DNA from: Chthonomonas calidirosea T49
GTDB lineage: Bacteria; Armatimonadota; Chthonomonadetes; Chthonomonadales; Chthonomonadaceae
NCBI RefSeq assembly: GCF_000427095.1
Contig: NC_021487.1
Span: forward strand, 1,629,146 to 1,661,145
Reading direction: 5' to 3'
Length of the DNA: 32,000 nt
Below, one piece after another: positions 26,289 to 32,000 of this stretch (within the stretch, counting starts at the first letter, position 1; each line of letters begins with the position of its first letter). Under the pieces are notes generated by a model that saw only the letters and a program-made list of their open reading frames with translations, made no database searches and had not been told where the DNA came from. The translations under genes and the position numbers were made by a program.

Positions 26289-26324
26289 AAGGCGTCGGGC
26301 TTAACATCGCAACACCGACGCCTT
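26289..26324. terminator. 10-bp hairpin abutting the muramidase stop codon
   Basis: AAGGCGTCGG-16 nt-CCGACGCCTT. The T run (TTTT) follows it on the plus strand, although the adjacent gene is on the minus strand. Confidence 0.4.
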
Positions 26325-27023
26325 TTAGACCTGAGGGGGATGGAATGAGTTAGCAGGCAAGCGAATGCAAGCCGGAATAGGAATACCGAACAGCCCACAT
26401 AGAGCTCGAATATCCTCACCGTGAAAACGATCCCGATCGGTCTCTTTCACCGAGGGGATGCCGGGAACGGTTCCTCGAGGAGTATACTGCCAAAACGTCC
26501 ACTTTTGCCAGCCCTTGGGCAATCGTGGGTTGGGCTGCCCCGTGTAGTGAGCCACCCAAAGCGGATGCCCAGAATAGGCATCCGTGCCGTCCATCCACTC
26601 GTCCCAAAAGGCGGGGCTTGTGTAGATGATGGGCAGCTTACCTATCATGGTGCGCGCCGTGATAAGAAACATGGAGACAGCAAACTGCAGGCGCGCTTTG
26701 CCAATGCGTTGGGCGCCCTCAAGGTCTTCCAAATCGAGAGCGATGGGCAGATCTCGGGCGGGGTCGTAACCGGCACGACGGGCTGTGCGGATGCAGAACT
26801 CGGCTTGCCAACCACCTGGCTCATCGCAACGGAAGTAGTGATATACTCCGCGCACTATCCCCACAGAACGCATGCCGGAGAGGTTCCTTTCTAAATAGGG
26901 GTCAACAATGCTTGTCCCTTCGGTGGCTTTACAAAAAGCGAACCCGATCCCCCCACACTCCACCTGCTCCCAGTCAATGCCGTTGTCGTCGTGACTTATG
27001 TCTACTCCTTCTAGCAACGCCAT
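26325..27023 (-). CDS. Glycoside hydrolase family 25 muramidase (endolysin-like), no signal peptide
   Basis: GVDISHDDNGIDWEQV...GFAFCKATEGTS..D......N......G...GVYHYF is the GH25 N-terminal signature. It is a 232-aa single domain. The SD AAGGAG abuts the ATG with unusually short spacing. Confidence 0.85.
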   Translation of the reverse strand: MALLEGVDISHDDNGIDWEQVECGGIGFAFCKATEGTSIVDPYLERNLSGMRSVGIVRGVYHYFRCDEPGGWQAEFCIRTARRAGYDPARDLPIALDLEDLEGAQRIGKARLQFAVSMFLITARTMIGKLPIIYTSPAFWDEWMDGTDAYSGHPLWVAHYTGQPNPRLPKGWQKWTFWQYTPRGTVPGIPSVKETDRDRFHGEDIRALCGLFGIPIPACIRLPANSFHPPQV

Positions 27024-27172
27024 CTCCTTAAAAACGTTCTCTCTGCCTCTTCGTTACAGAAAACCTTGCAAAACCTCCCTTATCCGTTAGACAGAGAGAA
27101 AGGCAGAAAAAGCTCCGAAATTCCCTTCCAAAAATGCTAGTTTTTTCGGCTACAAAAGGGAAAACTAGAGAG

Positions 27173-27217
27173 TTTACTTGCCCGCCGATGCATCTTAGGC
27201 ATTGGCGGGCAAGTAAA
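27173..27217 (-). terminator. Long hairpin immediately after the 84-aa membrane-protein stop
   Basis: TTTACTTGCCCGCC / GGCGGGCAAGTAAA forms a 14-bp stem, with an inner ATGC/GCAT 4-bp extension. On the minus strand it is followed by ctctctagTTTTcccTTTTg, a T-rich tail that is not immediately adjacent. Confidence 0.45.
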
Positions 27218-27219
27218 AG

Positions 27220-27474
27220 CTAGGAATTGGAATTAGATGAGCCTTCTAACTTCTGAGCGGTACGTTGAATAGCTCCGTCGGCCCAGGTCTGAATCTGTTG
27301 CGCCAATACCGGAATCACCTTCTGCAGCTCCTCCTGAACCAGCGGACGCACCGCATCGGGCACAACTTTGCTTTTGATCTTAAGCTGGTCAGCCCGAATG
27401 GTTAACATCCGATGCAACACTCCACCCAAAAACCCCAACGTGAGGGGTACAAGGTGCGATAAAAAACTGCCCAT
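27220..27474 (-). CDS. Small single-pass membrane protein (holin-like candidate)
   Basis: 84 aa with an N-terminal hydrophobic helix (LVPLTLGFLGGVL) followed by an amphipathic helical tail. Its position just upstream of the muramidase fits a holin. No SD precedes the ATG, so the call is tentative. Confidence 0.45.
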   Translation of the reverse strand: MGSFLSHLVPLTLGFLGGVLHRMLTIRADQLKIKSKVVPDAVRPLVQEELQKVIPVLAQQIQTWADGAIQRTAQKLEGSSNSNS

Positions 27475-27593
27475 AGTTTTTGCGCGCAGAAACCGCCGAC
27501 CTAACTAGAGGGTGCGGTTTGCGGGCGCTTTTCTCCTTTCCTTTTCGTTTTGACGGTCGGTGAAGAACCTCATTTCGGCAATGGGCACGCCGC

Positions 27594-27872
27594 TTAAAAC
27601 GCTTGGTAGCGCCCGCTGCGTCTTCGATAGCGAATGGCGATATCTAGCTTCTCCTCGATGCGCGCGAGGCGGGCATTCAGTTCCGAAAGCGTCTGATCGC
27701 GCTGCTCGTTACGCGCCTGCTCAGCCCGCATTTCGCTCTGAACTCCACCAACGCGCTCCTCCAACAGGGCAAGCCGATTGGCCTGACGAATCAACGTGGC
27801 AACGGCCGCTCCGATCCCACTGATCAACGAAACTGTGGCCATAGCCACCGTTATTGGCTCTGTGCTGGTCAT
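27594..27872 (-). CDS. Small membrane protein: N-terminal TM helix plus coiled coil (holin/lysis-accessory candidate)
   Basis: 92 aa with TM helix ITVAMATVSLISGIGAAVATLI, then a heptad-like region LLEERVGGVQSEMRAEQARNEQRDQTLSELNARLARIEEKL. SD GGGGAGAG lies just upstream. Confidence 0.55.
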   Translation of the reverse strand: MTSTEPITVAMATVSLISGIGAAVATLIRQANRLALLEERVGGVQSEMRAEQARNEQRDQTLSELNARLARIEEKLDIAIRYRRRSGRYQAF

Positions 27873-27893
27873 CTTCTCTCCCCTTTGTGCACC

Positions 27894-28154
27894 TCAATAC
27901 AGCCCAATAAGGAGCGCACCGTTTGTGCTGGAGCCAGTCGCCCACACCTGCTGAACGGCAATAGGGTTATAGCCTTTTATAAAAGGGATGGTGAGCTGGT
28001 CTCCGCCCAGCGTGGTGACATGAAGCGTGCAATCGGCGCTCACCAAAATCCCACGAGCATAAGGAACACCGCTCACGCTGGCTGCCACCAGCTGGGTGTC
28101 GCTGGGCGCGATAAGCCAGGCGCGCTGGGCTGGGTTTGCAGGAGGAATATTCAT
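27894..28154 (-). CDS. Small phage structural protein, resembles the head-spike-base family (RcGTA Rcc01079-like)
   Basis: 86 aa with strong SD AAGGAGGG and a 5-nt spacer. The start overlaps the upstream stop (ATGA). The pattern IAPSD..L......ARGILV....L.V.T.GG....I.F..G..PI.V..V.ATG.......LIGL matches my memory of that family. Confidence 0.55.
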   Translation of the reverse strand: MNIPPANPAQRAWLIAPSDTQLVAASVSGVPYARGILVSADCTLHVTTLGGDQLTIPFIKGYNPIAVQQVWATGSSTNGALLIGLY

Positions 28155-28483
28155 CTGCGCCCTCCTTGTTTGCCCCCTGTACCACTCCTTAACGAGCCCG
28201 CCAGCACCTGCTTTTCCAAAGCATCTACCCGGCCTTTAAGCCGCTCCCACTCCCTCGCCATCTCCTCAAACGTAGGCAACCGTCGCTCGCTGCCGTCCGG
28301 AAAAGCTGCGGGGAAGGGGGCAAGCTTAGGGTCTTCCGGCCCTGCAACGGTCTGCACCTCCAACATCGGTTCAGCGCAAACGGCCTCACTTATCTGCGAA
28401 ACCAACAGCCATTTTTGGCAGGGGTACAGCACCCCCTCCACACGAAAGCCCCGCCCTTGTCCTCGACATCGCACAGCATACAT
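28151..28483 (-). CDS. Phage-associated hypothetical protein
   Basis: 110 aa preceded by a very strong SD (GGAAGGAGGGGAGGAGAG) 24 nt after the capsid stop. The C-terminal half is helical (FEEMAREWERLKGRVDALEKQV). No family recognised. Confidence 0.55.
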   Translation of the reverse strand: MYAVRCRGQGRGFRVEGVLYPCQKWLLVSQISEAVCAEPMLEVQTVAGPEDPKLAPFPAAFPDGSERRLPTFEEMAREWERLKGRVDALEKQVLAGSLRSGTGGKQGGRR

Positions 28484-28507
28484 CTCTCCTCCCCTCCTTC
28501 CAAAAAG

Positions 28508-29437
28508 CTATGCGGTGGCATTGGAACCGTAAGCAAGCTGCCAAAGTCCATAGCCCTGCACGTAGCGCCCCCGCACGGTGAAATGGTAGCGCTCGCGAAT
28601 GCGGGCCTCCGGCATGTCCATGTCGGTTTCGAGCGTGATCGGCACGTCGCTGCGATTCTGGATAACAATGGGTTTCACCTCGCGACTGCAGTCCAGCAAG
28701 AACCATTGATAGCCTGAAATGTAGGGATTGATCACCAGCTTATAGCGGCCATTAAAGTAGTTGCGATAGGGGGTAGAGGGCACCCCAGCCGTGCCCACCT
28801 CGCCAGGCTGGTACACGATGTCCTGAGCCACAAGGTTCCATGCGCGCCGCGCCAACAGCGGCCCCACCACCAATGTGTCGGGCACCACATGCATCGGAAT
28901 GCCCTTGTCATCTACAAAGCTCATCATCGCGGTTGCGGCGGCCTCTAAAGACGCATCGCTGAGAGGCGCGGTGGTGATGTTGCTCTGAATAGGGCTGCTT
29001 CCTTCCTGATGATTCGCATTGAAGAAGTACTGCCCATCATAGCAAAGCTGCGAAAACCCAGCTACCAACCCCTGAAACGCCAGCTGATTCCAGTGCCGCA
29101 CCGGCTCCTGAGCCAGCTCCCGAACCCGAAGCATGATCAGGCCGTACTGATCGTCCTCGATCATGCGCCTATCAATCACCAAAGCACCCTTGTAGAGAAT
29201 ATCGGCCAGCTGATAGGTATCTTCTCGAAGCGCCTGCTCTTTTATCTCATCGGCAAACGGCTGCATAACCGCTCCACGACCAAGCCAGGCGTAACGCTGA
29301 ATGGGCAGGGTCGTCGGCAGCTCCGTGGCGATCTGGCGCCAATCCGCCTTTTCGTTGGCCTCCAAATAGGCGTTGTTAAACTCCGTTTTGATCCCCGCCT
29401 GCGTTAACAAAAGCAGGTCGGATGTCACAATGGCCAT
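28508..29437 (-). CDS. Major capsid protein, Mu gpT-like family (HK97 fold)
   Basis: 309 aa. The motifs CYDGQYFFNANH and WFLLDCSREVKPIVIQNR correspond to conserved blocks I recall from Mu gpT, and the N-terminal block ...F..AY......W..IA......P...Y.WLG also fits. SD GAAGGAG with a 9-nt spacer. Confidence 0.9.
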   Translation of the reverse strand: MAIVTSDLLLLTQAGIKTEFNNAYLEANEKADWRQIATELPTTLPIQRYAWLGRGAVMQPFADEIKEQALREDTYQLADILYKGALVIDRRMIEDDQYGLIMLRVRELAQEPVRHWNQLAFQGLVAGFSQLCYDGQYFFNANHQEGSSPIQSNITTAPLSDASLEAAATAMMSFVDDKGIPMHVVPDTLVVGPLLARRAWNLVAQDIVYQPGEVGTAGVPSTPYRNYFNGRYKLVINPYISGYQWFLLDCSREVKPIVIQNRSDVPITLETDMDMPEARIRERYHFTVRGRYVQGYGLWQLAYGSNATA

Positions 29438-29499
29438 ATCGTTTCACTCCTTCAAAAGTCCATCCAATGCAACAAGCAACTTAACAGGAGAGATTGCCT

Positions 29500-29931
29500 C
29501 TAGCGAACCGCGACATCAATGCGAATGCGAACGTCGTTCGCATCCTCCACCCCAACCACATAGCCCACCAACGTGTTTGGGTTGGAGCCGTTGGTGGCGT
29601 TTGTCGTCAGCGTCTGATCGTCGAGCGCGTAGATGGCATCTCCTACCAAATTTTGTGAGGCAGAGGACAGCGCGAACACATAGGTGCCCGTCTTCTGTAC
29701 GCGAATGCTCTGTGCCCCCGCTGGTCCTCCGCTGTTATCTATGGTCTCGTACGCGACGCCCAAAAAGTTATCGGCGGTAACTGCCGCACCCGCCCTTGCT
29801 GGGTAGGCGTATCCGTCGGCATTATAAGCCACCACCAACGTTCCCTTGTTGATGCGCACCGCGCCCATTTTGTAGGCCACGATCTGCCCCGGTTTCCTTT
29901 GAGCCTCGCGCGGCCCTGTAGATGCTGCCAT
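29500..29931 (-). CDS. Putative head decoration/cement protein (DUF2190-like, beta-rich)
   Basis: 143 aa located between the protease/scaffold and capsid genes. Gly/Val/Ala-rich beta pattern (FLGVAYETIDNSGG...IRVQKTGTYVF....LVGDAIYALDDQT). SD AGAGGAG. Confidence 0.55.
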   Translation of the reverse strand: MAASTGPREAQRKPGQIVAYKMGAVRINKGTLVVAYNADGYAYPARAGAAVTADNFLGVAYETIDNSGGPAGAQSIRVQKTGTYVFALSSASQNLVGDAIYALDDQTLTTNATNGSNPNTLVGYVVGVEDANDVRIRIDVAVR

Positions 29932-29965
29932 CCTAAACGTCTCCTCTTGTTAAAAATCGTGCTCT

Positions 29966-31441
29966 CTATTCTCTCGCCGCTAACAGGTTCTCCGCAAACG
30001 CCTCCTGTTTCTCCGGCGTGGTAAACCCCATCTTAATGGCCATGGCTCGCTGCGCTTCCGATAGCCGTTCCCAAGCGCTGGTTGCTCCCCGCTCTTCAGC
30101 GGGGCCTGGAAGGAGGCAGGGTGCTGACACTCGCCGGCCTCCACCCGCAGCCTCCACACCAAACCTTGCATCGGCCTCCAGATTCCAGGCGAGCGCTTTG
30201 GCTCTCACAACCTCGATCGGCTCGAAATCCACCTGCGCGCCTATGGTCGTTCCGCTCTCCGCGCCATAAAGACGTATGGCCGCTCTTTTTGCCTCTGCCC
30301 GTGCCTCCTCAAGTGCACCGAGGCCGAGCTTCGCCATCTCTAGCCGATGTCGCAAGTCTGACGCTGAAACGATGCCGTGCTCCTGCAACAGCTGCACAAC
30401 CGCGCTGTCGAGCTCACTAACAGCCTCTATCGGCTGTGTCGTCTCCTCTCCAAGAACCCCATCGCTATCCAACAAGGCCTCCTCCATCTCCAAAACGGCC
30501 TCTAGCTGCTTCGCAGGCTCCTCCGCCTTCGCCATCACCTCCTGCCCTCGCCGCAAAGCGGAGAGAATCTGCCGCACTCCCTCTTTCCAATGCATGGACA
30601 TCTCGCTCCTTTCTCCATCCCTTCTATCCATCCGTTGCCGCACCTGCGCGCGGGCGCGTAAACGTTTCAACGCCTCCTCAAACGAAAGCACCTCATCCAC
30701 CAACCCCACCTGCACAGCCTGATGCCCTACAAAAAGCCCTCCGCGCGCGACCTGCTGCAGCTGCTGCTCAGTAAGAGCCCGTCGCTGCCGCACAAAGCGG
30801 GTAAATATCGCTCCCACCGTGCCCACATAACGCTCCAAATAGCGCACATCGGCAGGTAGAAGCGGCTGACCTGGCGCTCCTACCCGCTTGCGTGGGCCGG
30901 TAGCAACCGCATGCACCCGCAAGCCAGCCCGCTCTAACGCGCGACTGCTGTCGGTAACCACCAACAAAGCCCCTACCCCTCCCACCGTCGCCGTTGGGTT
31001 ACAGTAGATGGCATCGGCAGCACAAGCGATCCAGTAGGCCGCACTACACCCGATATCTTCGATGTAGGCCGCTAAAGGCTTACGCCGCGCGAATTGACAG
31101 AGGGCCATCGCCAGGTCATGCGTGCCCGCCACTTGCCCTCCCGGCGAATCGATGCGCAGCAGAAGAGCTCTCACTTTCGGATCGCTGAACGCTTGGCCTA
31201 CCGCAAAACGCGCCCAACGCGTGGAACATCCTCCCTCCACCACCTGCTTCGTTAACCGACCCACCAGATTGAGCACCGCAACGCCATCCTCAAGCACTTG
31301 AAAACCTGGCCCAGTCTCCAGCAAACCAGCCCTCTGTTCCTCGGGTAGCGTTGCCTGCAACACCCGCGGCTCGGAGGCAGCCGCCTCCGCATGGGGTTCC
31401 AACGCCCACAGGGCATCCTCCGTTAACCAACCGTTTCCCAT
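29966..31441 (-). CDS. Prohead protease (S49/SppA, ClpP-fold) fused to a C-terminal coiled-coil scaffold-like domain
   Basis: S49 core with LLLRIDSPGGQVAG and the candidate nucleophile in IGCSAAYWIACAAD. From about aa 270 it is a long Glu/Ala/Leu/Arg-rich helical region. I prefer ATG at 31441 (AGGTGA SD, 5-nt spacer); the ORF-track GTG at 31450 is 3 codons upstream. Confidence 0.88.
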   Translation of the reverse strand: MGNGWLTEDALWALEPHAEAAASEPRVLQATLPEEQRAGLLETGPGFQVLEDGVAVLNLVGRLTKQVVEGGCSTRWARFAVGQAFSDPKVRALLLRIDSPGGQVAGTHDLAMALCQFARRKPLAAYIEDIGCSAAYWIACAADAIYCNPTATVGGVGALLVVTDSSRALERAGLRVHAVATGPRKRVGAPGQPLLPADVRYLERYVGTVGAIFTRFVRQRRALTEQQLQQVARGGLFVGHQAVQVGLVDEVLSFEEALKRLRARAQVRQRMDRRDGERSEMSMHWKEGVRQILSALRRGQEVMAKAEEPAKQLEAVLEMEEALLDSDGVLGEETTQPIEAVSELDSAVVQLLQEHGIVSASDLRHRLEMAKLGLGALEEARAEAKRAAIRLYGAESGTTIGAQVDFEPIEVVRAKALAWNLEADARFGVEAAGGGRRVSAPCLLPGPAEERGATSAWERLSEAQRAMAIKMGFTTPEKQEAFAENLLAARE

Positions 31442-31467
31442 GATTTTCACCTATCGCTTTTAAGAAA

Positions 31468-31481
31468 TAGCGAGATCGCTA
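31468..31481. promoter_or_regulatory. Operator-like palindrome upstream of the protease/scaffold gene
   Basis: TAGCGA-ga-TCGCTA, with a further ATCGCT half-site at 31453-31458. It lies 27-40 nt upstream of the ATG at 31441. Confidence 0.25.
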
Positions 31482-31502
31482 ATTCCCATTTCATAAGCAT
31501 TC

Positions 31503-31544
31503 GGCGCAGGAGACTCTTGCTGAAAGGCAAGAGAAGAATGCGCC
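31503..31544. other. Compound hairpin in the ORF-free region upstream of the capsid operon
   Basis: The outer stem is GGCGCA/TGCGCC and the inner stem CTCTTGC/GCAAGAG, with a symmetric 5-nt internal loop. It is followed on the plus strand by T-rich ttccatcttttcctttg. Confidence 0.4.
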
Positions 31545-32000
31545 TTCCATCTTTTCCTTTGCCTAAAAAAGTGCTTTCCTGACAACGATCAAATTGACTG
31601 TGCAGGTCACGTAAGGCACCGAATGCCGCGTACTAGAAAAGCCGCTTCCTTCACTACCCCAGCTGCCCAGATCGTCGAGACGGTTGAGGCATCAGAAAAT
31701 GCCCTAACCCTGCGGCGAACACCAACTTCGCAAGCACCAATAGAGAGGGTGAGCATGATATCGAGAAGGTGAATTCTCCTTGCTAGCAGCATGGGAATCA
31801 TGCTTAGCCGCTATTAGAGAGCCACGCGGCACAGCAAGTCGTTGGACGATCTGTGATGAAGATTCACCGTCGGGTCTTTGTCAACGTTTTAGCTGAGCGT
31901 AGTTCATCCAAGCACTTACGGTCTCTAAAGCTAGAGATAAAAACCGGTAATTTTTCAATCGATCTGTCGTTCTGTTCTAAGGTATCTTGCCTTAACGAGT

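Larger units (their letters stand above)
26325..31450 (-). mobile_element. Phage-derived head-morphogenesis plus lysis cassette: either an incomplete prophage remnant or a domesticated module
   Basis: Nine co-directional phage-type ORFs (protease/scaffold, cement-like, gpT capsid, two small, two membrane, GH25). No portal, terminase, tail or integrase gene is in the window. It is flanked by core trmFO on one side and ORF-free DNA on the other. Confidence 0.7.

Noticed and set aside
27490-27550. Hairpin plus long T-rich run that looks like a plus-strand intrinsic terminator
   Set aside because: No plus-strand gene or promoter feeds into it. On the coding (minus) strand it is an A-rich inter-cistronic leader, so it is not called as a terminator.
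30018-30774. Several plus-strand ORFs (83-148 aa) opposite the protease/scaffold gene
   Set aside because: Their Pro/Ala/Ser/Arg-rich low-complexity translations are generated by the antisense of a Glu/Ala/Leu-rich coiled-coil coding region. They have no start context.
31607-31801. 64-aa minus-strand ORF upstream of the capsid operon, a possible small regulator
   Set aside because: It has no SD, no helix-turn-helix or other motif, and an implausible composition. It is kept only as a note within the boundary finding.
26075-31860. Search for direct repeats (attL/attR) flanking the phage cassette
   Set aside because: By eye, only an 8-mer (actcttgc) is shared between 26075-26324 and 31451-31860, which is compatible with chance. 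A computational repeat search is needed to be definitive.
1-32000. CRISPR arrays, tandem repeats, IS elements, rRNA/tRNA genes, reverse transcriptase or toxin-antitoxin pairs
   Set aside because: I saw no regularly spaced direct repeats, terminal inverted repeats with a transposase, cloverleaf-compatible sequences, or such gene families while reading both strands. Absence judged by eye is not proof.

Overview
This is a 32-kb bacterial chromosomal window, moderately GC-rich with purine-rich Shine-Dalgarno (SD) sites. I cannot assign a taxon from the sequence alone. I support 29 protein-coding genes. I saw no rRNA, tRNA, CRISPR array, transposase or integrase.

Positions 1 to about 26.1 kb look like core genome. 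In order:
- an ABC exporter (5' end probably outside the window) with a DUF1854 partner
- an MFS transporter fused to a HEAT-repeat domain
- acetyl-CoA synthetase
- a TPR plus GT9-like glycosyltransferase
- a minus-strand string of DUF62 SAM hydroxide adenosyltransferase, RapZ/YvcJ, membrane-anchored YvcK and a Nudix hydrolase
- an Mrp/ApbC Fe-S carrier
- a class-III aminotransferase
- a minus-strand string of futalosine-pathway radical SAM enzyme, DUF951, an unknown exported protein, an exported Ig/TPR protein and a SAM methyltransferase
- a small VOC protein
- a compact cheW-cheA-HDOD operon
- trmFO

Positions 26.3-31.45 kb differ in kind. They hold an intact, tightly packed minus-strand phage head module: S49 protease with a scaffold-like tail, a cement/decoration-like protein, a Mu gpT-family major capsid protein and two small proteins, one resembling a head-spike base. 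This module runs directly into two small membrane proteins and a GH25 muramidase.

No portal, terminase, connector, tail, integrase or repressor gene is visible. This head-plus-lysis cassette is the best candidate for something unusual: a domesticated, GTA-like or encapsulin-like capsid rather than a decayed prophage.

The final ~550 nt is ORF-poor, AT-richer by eye and structured. All family assignments come from motif recognition by eye. No database search was run.
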